Position numbers and translations under genes: made by a program
Assembly: GCA_035571515.1 (NCBI GenBank)
Contig: DATNCQ010000037.1
Coordinates: forward strand, 2,823 to 66,822
From: Vicinamibacterales bacterium
GTDB taxonomy: Bacteria; Acidobacteriota; Vicinamibacteria; Vicinamibacterales; UBA2999
Direction of reading: 5' to 3'
Length of the DNA stretch: 64,000 nucleotides
The notes under the pieces: model-generated
What the model was told of the DNA's origin: nothing
Seen by the model: the letters and a program-made list of their open reading frames with translations, nothing else
The model's database searches: none
Shown: piece after piece, positions 36,431 through 45,806 of the stretch
Position numbering within the stretch: position 1 is the first letter of the stretch
Layout of the letters: the number at the start of each line of letters is the position of its first letter

Positions 36431-38298
36431 GCGATGCACACCCTCGCGGGACGGCCGGCGGCGTTCTGACGGTCGGATGCGGTGCGCGGCCGGAACAGCA
36501 CCCGGGCGGCGGCCGCGGCGGTCACGACGCGGTCCAGTTCGTCGGAATGATCCGAGCTGCCGCTCACATCGCTCATCAGCATCGCGCCGACCTTCGGCAC
36601 GTCGACGAAGGCGCCGAGCTGATACAGCGTCTCCTCGGCAAACAGCACGTCGCGCATGTACTGCCCGAGCGTGCCGCGCAGCCAGGGGCGCGCGTGCACG
36701 AACTTGTGCCGTCCGAGGAACGCCCGTTCGACGATCGACGCCGCGCCACGGCCGGCCATTCTCGCGACCCACGCGGAGGCGGCGCGGCCGGTCCAGTACT
36801 CGGCCTTGAACAGACCCTCGCGATAGAGCCAGCGCGTCTGGCGCACGAGCGGCCCGCCGCGGCCGAGCAGCCCGCGGTCGGTCGGAATGGTGAGCAGGTC
36901 CGGCCGCCGGCGTGCGATCAGGTGCGTGGACGGATCGCCGGCATTCACGGGGCGGCGGTAGAGGAGTTGAACGAACTCGTCGTCCAGGAACGGCGAGCGG
37001 ACCGCCACCTGCGAGCGCTCCAGCGCGTAGCGTGAGAACCCGGCCGGCGCCTGCAGGAACAGGGTGAAGGAGAGCGGCTGCACGTCGGCCGCCTTCGAGA
37101 AGGCGTGAATCGCCGCGCGCACCCGGTCGGCCATGGCGGGCGACAGGAAGTCGCCGCGCGGCATCGTGCTCTTGAAGGCACGGATCCCGCGAAGCAGCTC
37201 GCCGCCGTAGTTGCCGGTCACCCGCACGGGTGCCACACGCCTGGCCAGCGTGTTCACGTACAGCTCCGCGGCGCCCGACAGCCCGAGCCCTCCGTCGGCG
37301 ATCATGACCGCCTTGTCGAAGTGCTCGCCGAGGTTGGCCAGAAACGCGTCGTCGAGCACGAGCGACTGGTGCCGCTGGCCGCAGAGGCCCGCCACCGTCC
37401 TGGCGGCCCGCACGTCATAGGTATCGCGGTACATGCTGCCGAAGGTGTAGCAGGGGATTGCCCCTGGCACTGGGTCGAGCGACGCCATGATGATGCGAGA
37501 GTCGAGCCCGCCGGTCAGCGAGACGGCAGAGCGTCGCGCCTGCGCCGCATCGCGCTCGACCGCGCGATCGAGAGCGGCGGCGACGGCTTCGCGCCAGGCG
37601 GGCTCCGGCAGCGGCTCGAGCTGTTCCCATTCGCTGCGTTCGAAATACCGGTCCGGGTGCGCTTTCGACTCGTGGTCGAACGTCAGCATCGTGCCGCCCG
37701 GCAGCACGCGGATCCCGCGGAAGAGCGAGCGCGTGCCGAGCGTGGATCCGCACGCCAGGAACTGCGCCAGGCCGTCGGGATCGAACTCGCGTGTCGCCGG
37801 CGCGGCGGCCAGAATGGCCTTCGCCTCCGAGGAAAAGTAGAACGCGTCCGGCCCTTCGTAGACGAACAGCCGTTCGAAGCCGAACCGATCCGTGAACAGC
37901 ACGCTCTCGCGTCGCCGCTCGTCGACGACGAACCCGGCAAACAGGCCGCGCATCGCGGCCGGGATGGAGCGTGAGTGCCGCCGGATCGCGGCCACCCCTC
38001 CGAGCCAGCCGCGGGCCGTGACCGCGGTCGGGCGTCCGACGACGCCGTCCAGCTGAGGGTCGCCGGCGGTCAACATCGTCAGGCCGAACTCCTCGTCACG
38101 CCACGGAGCGTGCGCCTCCGCATCGTCGACGGGTCCGACCCATCCGGCGGAGATGCCGAGCGCGGCCGAATCGAAGCGGTGCCACGCATAGAACGTCTCG
38201 TACTGCATGGCCGCCGCCATGATGTTCAGCGTGTCCTGCTGACGCGTGACGGCGTTCCGGCCGCCGTGCTTGAGAATGAGTCCGAAGATGCCAGGCAC
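36427..38298 (-). CDS. Asparagine-synthase-like protein lacking the N-terminal Cys nucleophile
   Basis: ORF 36427..38406. PP-loop VSLTGGLDSRIIMASL. Where AsnB has MCGI(A/F)G this protein reads (V/M)PGIFGLIL. GTG 38298 lies 20 nt below the upstream stop. Confidence 0.7.
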   Translation of the reverse strand: MPGIFGLILKHGGRNAVTRQQDTLNIMAAAMQYETFYAWHRFDSAALGISAGWVGPVDDAEAHAPWRDEEFGLTMLTAGDPQLDGVVGRPTAVTARGWLGGVAAIRRHSRSIPAAMRGLFAGFVVDERRRESVLFTDRFGFERLFVYEGPDAFYFSSEAKAILAAAPATREFDPDGLAQFLACGSTLGTRSLFRGIRVLPGGTMLTFDHESKAHPDRYFERSEWEQLEPLPEPAWREAVAAALDRAVERDAAQARRSAVSLTGGLDSRIIMASLDPVPGAIPCYTFGSMYRDTYDVRAARTVAGLCGQRHQSLVLDDAFLANLGEHFDKAVMIADGGLGLSGAAELYVNTLARRVAPVRVTGNYGGELLRGIRAFKSTMPRGDFLSPAMADRVRAAIHAFSKAADVQPLSFTLFLQAPAGFSRYALERSQVAVRSPFLDDEFVQLLYRRPVNAGDPSTHLIARRRPDLLTIPTDRGLLGRGGPLVRQTRWLYREGLFKAEYWTGRAASAWVARMAGRGAASIVERAFLGRHKFVHARPWLRGTLGQYMRDVLFAEETLYQLGAFVDVPKVGAMLMSDVSGSSDHSDELDRVVTAAAAARVLFRPRTASDRQNAAGRPARVCIA

Positions 38299-38318
38299 TG
38301 GGAAGGTTGACGGAGTCT

Positions 38319-39272
38319 TTATCGCGCTTGTGCCGGAGCCGCCTGCGACCGGTACATCCGCCGGTACATGTTCGCGCGCAGCTCGGGCCATCTGGTACGC
38401 AGCCACGCCGGAAGGCGATCCTTCTGGTCACGGTGGAGTCCGAGGCGCAGCGCGGCCGCGCCCTTCCACGTCAGCGGCACGTAGTAGCGCGGCACGTCGA
38501 CGCGGACGAATCCGTTGCTTCGCTTGAAGTCGGTCAGCGAGCTCTGGGTCTTGTTGCCGTAGACGAAGCTTTCGTAGAGCAGGTGCTGCACGCCGCGGGC
38601 GCACGCCTGGCGAACCGCTTCGGCCATCAGGCCGTTGTTCGGCCGCTTGTCGTAGACGCTCAGCTTCGACATGATCTGCATGATCGCGGCGGTCTGCTCG
38701 TCCCACACCATCTTCAGGTAGCCGACCATCTCGCCGTCGATGTAGGCGCCGAGAAACGTGGCGCGCTCGGCGTAGGTGCCGTTCTCGTCCCGGACGGCTT
38801 CGAACGGCTTCCCGTAGTGCCAGAACCGGCGGCCCTGGCGAATCGGCGACTCGTTGTAGATCGCCATGATCCCGCGGACGTAGGCCTCGTCGTACTCGCA
38901 GGCCCGGATGACGACGCCGCGGTTCTCGGCGCCGCGGATGTTCCGGCGTGTCGCGGACGTGACCTGCTTGGCGAGCCAGTGGTCGTAGGTCGTCAGCGGA
39001 ATCGCCGCGATGTTGTCCCACTCGTGGTGGAAGGCGTGGCGCGGCTCCGTGTCGGGCACGCGCTGCGCGAAGGTGAACAGGTCGGCGTGGGTCGAGCCGC
39101 CCCGGCAGAGCGCGATGACCTCGCTCGGGTCCGGCAGCCGCTTCGCCTCGACCCAGTACTCGTCGAAGACCTCGGCGATCCGCAGCGCGCTCCCCTTGAC
39201 GATGACGAGGTTGTCGCCGGCGCGAAGCGACGGGATGACGGTCTTGCGGCCCCGGATGGTGATCTCTTTCAT
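38319..39272 (-). CDS. GNAT-fold acyltransferase-like protein
   Basis: 317 aa. The C-terminal half (FLGAYIDGEMVGYLKMVWDEQTAAIMQIMSKLSVYDKRPNNGLMAEAVRQACARGVQHLLY) fits a GNAT core. Confidence 0.6.
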   Translation of the reverse strand: MKEITIRGRKTVIPSLRAGDNLVIVKGSALRIAEVFDEYWVEAKRLPDPSEVIALCRGGSTHADLFTFAQRVPDTEPRHAFHHEWDNIAAIPLTTYDHWLAKQVTSATRRNIRGAENRGVVIRACEYDEAYVRGIMAIYNESPIRQGRRFWHYGKPFEAVRDENGTYAERATFLGAYIDGEMVGYLKMVWDEQTAAIMQIMSKLSVYDKRPNNGLMAEAVRQACARGVQHLLYESFVYGNKTQSSLTDFKRSNGFVRVDVPRYYVPLTWKGAAALRLGLHRDQKDRLPAWLRTRWPELRANMYRRMYRSQAAPAQAR

Positions 39273-40508
39273 CTAGTTCCTTCGCGACGCGGGTTCGATC
39301 GCCGAGAGCCGCGACAGCAGGAGGGCAAGGCCGCGGTAGGTTGTCGCCTGCGCCCAGTGCAGCATCGGCGCACGGGCTTTCATCAACGGATAGCAGCGGT
39401 AATAGAAGTGCCCGTCCGCGTCCTGCATGTTGCGGATGGTCCAGAGCGCGACGCGCTGCGCGAGCTCGAGGCTTTCCGCGTCGGCCGCCGCAAAGTTGGC
39501 CAGCGTCTCGATCGCCTGTGCGGCGCACTGGCTGTCGATCGGCTGGACGCGATTGTGGTAGTAGGCCGGGCAGCCGTCCTCGCCGAAGAAATGCCTCTTG
39601 TAGTACTCGAGGCCCTTCATCATGGCCGGCGTGTAGGTCTCGTCGCCGGTGCCCGCGATGTAGTGCTTGAGGCTATCGAGGTTGTAGCCGGTGTGGAAGC
39701 CGTCGATCCAGTGGAACTTCGGGTCTTCCGCGTACCACCACGAGCCGTCCGGGCGCTGGCGCGAACAGCTGTATTCCATCGCCTCCGCGGCAACCGTGCG
39801 GTATTGCGGGTTGCCTGTCAGCTGCCACATGCGGCCCAGGAAACCGGCGCCGAGCATGTTGGCGTTGTGGATCGAGCTCTGTCCGATCGCGTGATAGCTC
39901 AGGCAGCTGCCGCTGCCGGTCCGCTCGCGCGGCAGCGCCAGGATCCAGCGGCACGCGCTCTCGGCCACGCCGAGATACTGCGGGATGCGGGTGCATTCGT
40001 AGCCGTCGATGAACGCGTGCCCGATGAGCGCGGTCCAGACGATGATCGATTCGTCCTTGCTGTAACGGCCGCCGCGGCTCGCGAAATCGAAGTGGTTCGC
40101 CCAGGAATACTCGTGGAACTTCGACGAGCGGTGTCCGCGCAGCCAGTCCAGGCAGTCGATCGCCTTGGCCCGGTAGACGGCATCGCCCGTCATGCGATAG
40201 AGCGTGAGGTAGCCCGCGGCCATGTAGCCCCGTCCCTTGGTCGACGGCAGCGGCTTGATGCCGACGAGCGGACGGATGTTGATCGGGCTCTGACGAACGG
40301 CCTGCATGAAGAGTCGCTCGAGGAGCAGGTTGCCGCAGGCCAGCCGGCGCAGCGGTGACGACAGGCCGTCGAACGGCTCGTACGCCTTGTAGTGGTGGTT
40401 CTCCACCCACGCCTCGACGGCGCGAAGGCTGCCGTGGATCGCACGGCCGTTGTCGTCGAGCGTCGCCGGGTCGAACCGGGGTTGGCCTGCGCGCAGCGGT
40501 CCCGTCAT
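39273..40508 (-). CDS. Hypothetical (alpha/alpha)6-toroid-like protein (putative polysaccharide-modifying enzyme)
   Basis: 411 aa, with repeated aromatic/Trp helical hairpin pattern (GYMAAGYLTLYRMTGD, IVWTALIGHAFIDGY, NMLGAGFLGRMWQLTGN, DGSWWY, QCAAQAIETLANF). The fold call is an inference only. Confidence 0.5.
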   Translation of the reverse strand: MTGPLRAGQPRFDPATLDDNGRAIHGSLRAVEAWVENHHYKAYEPFDGLSSPLRRLACGNLLLERLFMQAVRQSPINIRPLVGIKPLPSTKGRGYMAAGYLTLYRMTGDAVYRAKAIDCLDWLRGHRSSKFHEYSWANHFDFASRGGRYSKDESIIVWTALIGHAFIDGYECTRIPQYLGVAESACRWILALPRERTGSGSCLSYHAIGQSSIHNANMLGAGFLGRMWQLTGNPQYRTVAAEAMEYSCSRQRPDGSWWYAEDPKFHWIDGFHTGYNLDSLKHYIAGTGDETYTPAMMKGLEYYKRHFFGEDGCPAYYHNRVQPIDSQCAAQAIETLANFAAADAESLELAQRVALWTIRNMQDADGHFYYRCYPLMKARAPMLHWAQATTYRGLALLLSRLSAIEPASRRN

Positions 40509-40524
40509 GGTTGGTGCAACTCCT

Positions 40525-41415
40525 TCAGCGCGCGGGCCGCGCGAATACGCCGCGCAGCCGCGCCATTTGTTCGCCCTGGTGGAACCGCACGAGCTCCGCC
40601 GACACCGGCCGCTCCACGCCGCGGGCGAGCGCCCACCCGTAGCCGCCGAGCAGCGCGAGCCCGCCGAGCAGATAGGGCGGCCGCGTCATCTGATACACGC
40701 TGCGGAACATCTGCCAGAGCCCGTGCCCGCCCAGGTAGTAGTCCTTCTGCCCGTGACGAAACAGGCCGCGAATCTTGCTCGCCGAGCCGCCGGTCCCCAT
40801 CGGCCGGTGGTGCAGGCACGTCTTCTCGGTGAAGGTGCGCGTCTGCCACCCGCGCATGCGTGCGGTCGTCACCGCGGTCCAGTCGATGCCGCCACCCTTG
40901 ATGGGCACGTATCCGCCGATCGTTTCGAAGCACTCGCGGCGGAACAGCTGGCACGCGCCGGAGACGTGCTCGATGTTGGTGAAGCTGTAGTCGTAGTGGG
41001 CGCCGCCTTCGACAAACGGCGTCCCCGCGACGCCGAGCCGCGGGTTGTCCGAGAATTTCCCGAGCAGGAACGCGAAGTAGTCGGCGTCGAAGGAAATGTC
41101 GGCGTCGAGGTTGCCGATGATCTCGAACGACAGGTCCTCGAGCGCCTGCATCCCCGCGTTGAAGCACGAAACCTTCGCCGCAAAGCTCCGGTCGCGCTGC
41201 TCGGGCAGGCGGACGAGCCGCAGCCACGGCAGCCTCGCGCAGTACTCGCGGACGATGTCGTCGGTGCCGTCGGTCGAGCCGTCGCTGACGATGACCCACC
41301 GGACCGGCGGCTGCGTCTGCGCGGCCATCGAGTCGAGCGTCAGGCGGATGTAGTCCGCCTCGTTTCGTGCGGGGGTGATGAGGGCGTAGCGGGGAGTCGA
41401 ACGATGATCGGTCAT
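40525..41415 (-). CDS. Glycosyltransferase family 2
   Basis: ALITPARNEADYIRLTLDSMAAQT, VIVSDGSTDGTDDI and NLDADISF. Confidence 0.85.
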   Translation of the reverse strand: MTDHRSTPRYALITPARNEADYIRLTLDSMAAQTQPPVRWVIVSDGSTDGTDDIVREYCARLPWLRLVRLPEQRDRSFAAKVSCFNAGMQALEDLSFEIIGNLDADISFDADYFAFLLGKFSDNPRLGVAGTPFVEGGAHYDYSFTNIEHVSGACQLFRRECFETIGGYVPIKGGGIDWTAVTTARMRGWQTRTFTEKTCLHHRPMGTGGSASKIRGLFRHGQKDYYLGGHGLWQMFRSVYQMTRPPYLLGGLALLGGYGWALARGVERPVSAELVRFHQGEQMARLRGVFARPAR

Positions 41416-41422
41416 GGAACGG

Positions 41423-42208
41423 TTACCGGGCGTATGCGGTGATCCCGAGCTCGTCGCAGGCGCGCGTCATCGGCACGACCCTGGCGCCCGAACGGACCAC
41501 CGCGTCGACGACATCTGCGAAGAAGCCGGGGCTGCACCCGTATCGGGACGGCGCGGGCGCGACGTCGTGCGTGGCGAGAATCAGCCACCCGCGCGCGGCC
41601 GCGTTTCGGTCGATGATCTCGCGCACGGCGGCGAGATCGTTCTGGTTCCGCCAGTCGAGGAAATACCCCTTGAGCAGGTTCAGGTCGATGTCGCCGGCGT
41701 TGTGGGTCTGCCCGCCGCCGCGACAGCAGGCGAAGTGCCGGCCGACGGCGCGCTTGATGTCGAGCACCGGGCCGTCGAGCGGGTAGGCGAAGGTCCGGAA
41801 GCGGCCGCCGGGAACGAGCGCCTCGAGTGCCCGCCGGTTGGCGCCGATCGACCGCTCGAAGGCCTCGACGGTCGATGCGCAGCCGTCCAGGTGGTCGAAG
41901 GTATGGCAGCCGAGCTCGTGGCCCTCGCCAAGCAGCGTCCGCAGGTCGTCGTGCGACACAACAGGTCCGCTTGGCGAGTCCGCTCCGGCCAGGTTCATCG
42001 AGATGAAAAAGGTGCCGTGGAGCTGCGCGGCGGAGAGGATGCGCCCGCCCTCGACCCACGCCGAGCGCGGGAAATCGTCGAACGTGAAGGACACGTACGG
42101 GACGTCGGCCCGCAGCGGGAACGAACGCCGGCCCGCGTGATGGACGAGCAGGCGGCGGACCTTGTTCGCGGTACGCGTCCGCAGCTCCGCGGCAGCCGTC
42201 GCGATCAA
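41423..42208 (-). CDS. Polysaccharide deacetylase (NodB/CE4)
   Basis: ORF 41423..42709; TTG 42208 overlaps the upstream stop (TTGA). VSFTFDDFPRSAWVEGGRIL and LGCHTFDHLD. Confidence 0.75.
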   Translation of the reverse strand: MIATAAAELRTRTANKVRRLLVHHAGRRSFPLRADVPYVSFTFDDFPRSAWVEGGRILSAAQLHGTFFISMNLAGADSPSGPVVSHDDLRTLLGEGHELGCHTFDHLDGCASTVEAFERSIGANRRALEALVPGGRFRTFAYPLDGPVLDIKRAVGRHFACCRGGGQTHNAGDIDLNLLKGYFLDWRNQNDLAAVREIIDRNAAARGWLILATHDVAPAPSRYGCSPGFFADVVDAVVRSGARVVPMTRACDELGITAYAR

Positions 42209-44037
42209 TGCGCCTCCATCCGGATGTCGATGGCGCCGTCGTCGGCCACCGGGCGGGTTCGCGGGTAGCGCAGCGTCGTGACGCCGTCGGCGACGCCGGC
42301 GTCCTCGAATCCCATTTCCGGGAAGACCGCCGCGCTCGGCGCGTTCTTCGGCGTCTTCCGCAGCGAGGCGAGGAAGTCGCGTGTGCCCGCCGGCAGGTGG
42401 CGTCGCAGCAGCCAGGCCAGGAACGCATGCTCGACGCGCTTGCCCTGGACGCGGCAGCTGAACATCAGATCGACGAGCTTCGACTCCCGCAGGTCGACGA
42501 CCGCAAACCCGACGATCCCGTAGCTGCCAAACCGATCCCGGCATCGCAGCACGTAGGTTTCCGCGCCCGTATCGGCCATCAGCCGGTGCAGCGCGTCCAC
42601 CGAGTAGCGGTTGCCGGAGAAGTTCATCTGGTTGGTGCGCTGGGCGAGCTCGTAGACGCGCTGGAGGTTCGAGTCCTGGAGGGGCGACCACTCGACGCGG
42701 ATGTCGCACTGCTTCAAGAAGGTGACGTAGTCGCCGGTGTGGGCGCGCTCGAGCTCGGAGCGCTGCTCCTCCTGGCGATACATCGTGCGCCGCGTCCGGC
42801 TCTCATCGGTGACCGGCACGTCGAACTCGGGCATCGCCGGAAGGCGATGCGCCTCGCGCGCGTCCACCGTGCGCACCGACGGACAGGCGGAGCTCACTTC
42901 CTGGCGCTCGAACTCCTGGTCGTCCACGAACAGCAATGTGTCGATGCCGATGTTCAGCGCGCGCGCGATCGCGGCGATCGACCCGCTCTTGGGCTGCCAG
43001 TGCACCTGCGGGTAGAGGAAGTAGTCGGCAAGGCCGAAGGCCTCGAGCCGTGCCAGGGCATCTTCACGGTTGTTCTTGCTCGCGACGGACTGGAGGATCC
43101 CTTTGGAATCGAGCTCCTTGATCACGGCCACCACGTCATCGCGCAGGCGGACGCCGTCGGGTCCGTCTTCGACGAGCGTGCCGTCCCACAGCGTGTTGTC
43201 GAGATCCCACACCACGCACTTGCACGTGGCCGCGGGCGCCGCGGCGCGCTCAGCCGGCAGCGGCGCCTGCGGTTGAGGACGCGCGGAGACGCGTTCCTTG
43301 ACGAAGTCGATCAGGCCGAAATAGAGCGTCAGCCCCTCGGCGTCGTTCGGCACCAGCTCGATTTCAAACGTGCCGCTGGTGGCGACGAGCCGCTCGATCT
43401 CGGTCAGCGCGATCTTTTCGCGCGAGAACCCGGAGGGCAGCGTGATGAGGTGCTGGAAGCGCCGGATCGCTCCCTCGCGTCGTTCGCGGATGGACAAGGT
43501 CAAGGTGACCTGGCGGTCGTTGGGGTTGAACACCTCGCACACCAGGAAATCCGGTCGCGGCGCCGTGCCGTTCACGCGTTCGGCGAGCTGCTGCTTCCTC
43601 ACGTAGGCAATCTTGCGCAGCGCGCGCGGCTTGATGTCGCCGGGCAGCGGCGGCAGGAAGCGCCCCGCCGCGCCGGCGTAGATGTTGAGACGCTCGATCC
43701 GCTCCGCCGACGCCACCGAATGGCAGTGGAGGTTGCCGAGCGTCCAGAGCTTGGCCCACCGCCGGAAGGTGATCTTCTGCAGGTACGGCGCGGCCCCGTC
43801 GACGTTCGGGATCCTGACGACCCCATCGACGAACTGCCGGCACGCGCCGTCGGTCCGCGGCTGGTAGAGCTCGCACGTCGCGTAGCACGCGGGCCACGCG
43901 CACTCCGTGCAGTGCTCGCCCCAGGGGAGCAGCGTGCGGGCTTCGACGCTCGCACGATACTCCGAGAACCTGGCGAGGACGCCCGGCGGCAGCGTGTCGG
44001 GCGCCTCGACGCGGTCGTTGACTTCAGCCTCGTACAT
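42205..44037 (-). CDS. FkbH-like HAD-IIIC protein with an unassigned Cys-rich N-terminal domain
   Basis: The C-terminal two thirds carry VVWDLDNTLWDG, VASKNNREDA, LFVDDQEFER and RTNQMNFSGNRY. The N-terminal ~270 aa carry GEHCTECAWPACYATCELYQPRTDGAC. Confidence 0.8.
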   Translation of the reverse strand: MYEAEVNDRVEAPDTLPPGVLARFSEYRASVEARTLLPWGEHCTECAWPACYATCELYQPRTDGACRQFVDGVVRIPNVDGAAPYLQKITFRRWAKLWTLGNLHCHSVASAERIERLNIYAGAAGRFLPPLPGDIKPRALRKIAYVRKQQLAERVNGTAPRPDFLVCEVFNPNDRQVTLTLSIRERREGAIRRFQHLITLPSGFSREKIALTEIERLVATSGTFEIELVPNDAEGLTLYFGLIDFVKERVSARPQPQAPLPAERAAAPAATCKCVVWDLDNTLWDGTLVEDGPDGVRLRDDVVAVIKELDSKGILQSVASKNNREDALARLEAFGLADYFLYPQVHWQPKSGSIAAIARALNIGIDTLLFVDDQEFERQEVSSACPSVRTVDAREAHRLPAMPEFDVPVTDESRTRRTMYRQEEQRSELERAHTGDYVTFLKQCDIRVEWSPLQDSNLQRVYELAQRTNQMNFSGNRYSVDALHRLMADTGAETYVLRCRDRFGSYGIVGFAVVDLRESKLVDLMFSCRVQGKRVEHAFLAWLLRRHLPAGTRDFLASLRKTPKNAPSAAVFPEMGFEDAGVADGVTTLRYPRTRPVADDGAIDIRMEAH

Positions 44038-45151
44038 GTTCGCGAATCTTGTCGGCGACGTAGTTCACCTGCTCCTCGGTCAGCTCGGGGAACATCGGCA
44101 GCGAGAGGATCTCGCCCGACGCCTTGAGCGACGCGGGGAAGTCGGCCTGCGTGTGACCGAGGTACTTGTAGGCGTTCAGGTAGGGCAGCGCGATGGGATA
44201 GTGAATGCCCGTGCTGATCCCCTGCGCGGCCAGGTCGGCCTGCAGCTGCTCGCGCCCGGCGGCCGGAACGCGGACGACGTAGAGGTGGTAGACCGCCCGG
44301 ACGTTGTCCATTTCGGCCGGCGTCACGACGCCGCTCCCCTGGAGCGCCTTGTTGTAGCGATAGGCGTTGGTGCGGCGCTTCTCGGTCCACTCGTCGAGAT
44401 ACTGCAGCTTGACGCCGAGGATGGCCGCCTGGATGCCGTCGAGGCGGCTGTTCACGCCCTCGAGGTCGTGGTCGTACTTCTTGGTGCGGCCGTGGTTGGC
44501 GAGCATGCGCGCGCGCAGCGCCCACGCCTCGGTGTTGGTCACGATCGCCCCGCCGTCGCCGTAGGCGCCGAGATTCTTGCCCGGGTAGAAGCTGAAGCAG
44601 GTGATGTCGGCGAGCTTGGCAATCGGCGTCCCGCGATACAGCGCGCCGTGCGCCTGCGCCGCGTCGCCGATGACGAAGAGGCCGTGCTGGCGCGCCAGCG
44701 CGACGATCGGCTCCATATCCGCCGGCTGACCATAGAGATGCACCGGAATGATGGCCTTGGTCCGGGGCGTGATTTTCTCCCGCAGCCGCTCGACGTCGAT
44801 CGTGTAGGTGCGCGGGTTGATGTCCGCGAACACCACGCGCGCGCCGGCCATCGTGATCGCCTCGGAGGTCGCGATGAAGCTGTTGGCGACGGTAATCACC
44901 TCGTCGCCGGGCCCGATCTCGAGCGCTCGCAGCGCCATGAAGAGCGCATCGGTGCCGTTGGCGAGCCCCACGCAGTAGTCGACGCCGCAGTAGCGGGCGA
45001 ACGCGTCTTCGAAGTCCTTGACGACCTTTCCGCCGACGAACGCCGTCTTCTCGATCACGCCGGCGATGGCGGCGTCGATCTCGGGCTTGATCGAGTCGTA
45101 CTGCATCTTCAGGTCGACGAACGGAACGGTCAGCGATGTCAGCGTGTGCAT
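44024..45151 (-). CDS. DegT/DnrJ/EryC1 aminotransferase (WbpE-like)
   Basis: ORF 44024..45358, ATG 45151. FVDLKMQYDSIKPEIDAAI and SFYPGKNLGAYGDGGAIVT (PLP-Lys). Confidence 0.9.
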   Translation of the reverse strand: MHTLTSLTVPFVDLKMQYDSIKPEIDAAIAGVIEKTAFVGGKVVKDFEDAFARYCGVDYCVGLANGTDALFMALRALEIGPGDEVITVANSFIATSEAITMAGARVVFADINPRTYTIDVERLREKITPRTKAIIPVHLYGQPADMEPIVALARQHGLFVIGDAAQAHGALYRGTPIAKLADITCFSFYPGKNLGAYGDGGAIVTNTEAWALRARMLANHGRTKKYDHDLEGVNSRLDGIQAAILGVKLQYLDEWTEKRRTNAYRYNKALQGSGVVTPAEMDNVRAVYHLYVVRVPAAGREQLQADLAAQGISTGIHYPIALPYLNAYKYLGHTQADFPASLKASGEILSLPMFPELTEEQVNYVADKIREHVRG

Positions 45152-45176
45152 GATGATGATGTCCTCGTGAAGCGAG

Positions 45177-45806
45177 CTAGTGGCCTTGCGAGACCAGGTC
45201 GTTGGAATAGGGCAGGTCCGATACGTGCCGGATGACGCGGGCGGGATTGCCCACGACCACGGCGCCCGGGGGGACGTCACGAACGACGACGGCGCCGGCC
45301 CCGACCAGCGCTCCTTCGCCGATGACCACGCCGGGCAGCAGCGTGGCATTGGCGCCAATCTTCGCGTTGCGGCGGATCACCGGTCCGACGAGGCTGTCCT
45401 TGACGCCGGGCGACAGCGGATATTTCGCATTCGTCAGCACCACGTTCGGCCCAATCCAGCAGCCGTCCTCGAGCACCGAGAATTCCGGGATGAAGACCTG
45501 CGTGTGGATGCGCACGTTGTTGCCGATGTCGACGTGATGCTCGACGACCGACAGCGTGCCGATGCTGACGTTGTCGCCGATGCGGTTCGATTCGCGGATG
45601 TTGACCTTGTTGCCCGTCTGGAAGTTCCGGCCGATGACGTTGCCGGCATAGATGACCGTGTGCGAGCGGATGACCGCGCGCTCGCCGATCGTCGTCGGCA
45701 GCTCGCCGTCCTGGGCCCCGCGCGGCGCGACGCCCACGAGGCTGAAGTCCTCGACGGTGCTGCCGTCGCCGAGCGAGACGTTCTTGTAGATGCGATAGGT
45801 GTTCAT
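45177..45806 (-). CDS. Left-handed beta-helix (hexapeptide) N-acetyltransferase (WbpD-like)
   Basis: ATG 45806 overlaps the upstream stop (ATGA). Hexapeptide repeats IGDNVSIGTLSVV, IGNNVRIHTQVFI and IGANATLLPGVVIGEGALVGAGAVV. Confidence 0.85.
   Translation of the reverse strand: MNTYRIYKNVSLGDGSTVEDFSLVGVAPRGAQDGELPTTIGERAVIRSHTVIYAGNVIGRNFQTGNKVNIRESNRIGDNVSIGTLSVVEHHVDIGNNVRIHTQVFIPEFSVLEDGCWIGPNVVLTNAKYPLSPGVKDSLVGPVIRRNAKIGANATLLPGVVIGEGALVGAGAVVVRDVPPGAVVVGNPARVIRHVSDLPYSNDLVSQGH

Noticed and set aside
38307-44127. Plus-strand ORFs 38307..40358 (683 aa), 40450..41442 (330 aa) and 42208..44127 (639 aa)
   Set aside because: They are antisense shadows of the GNAT-like, toroid-like, GT2 and FkbH-like genes.
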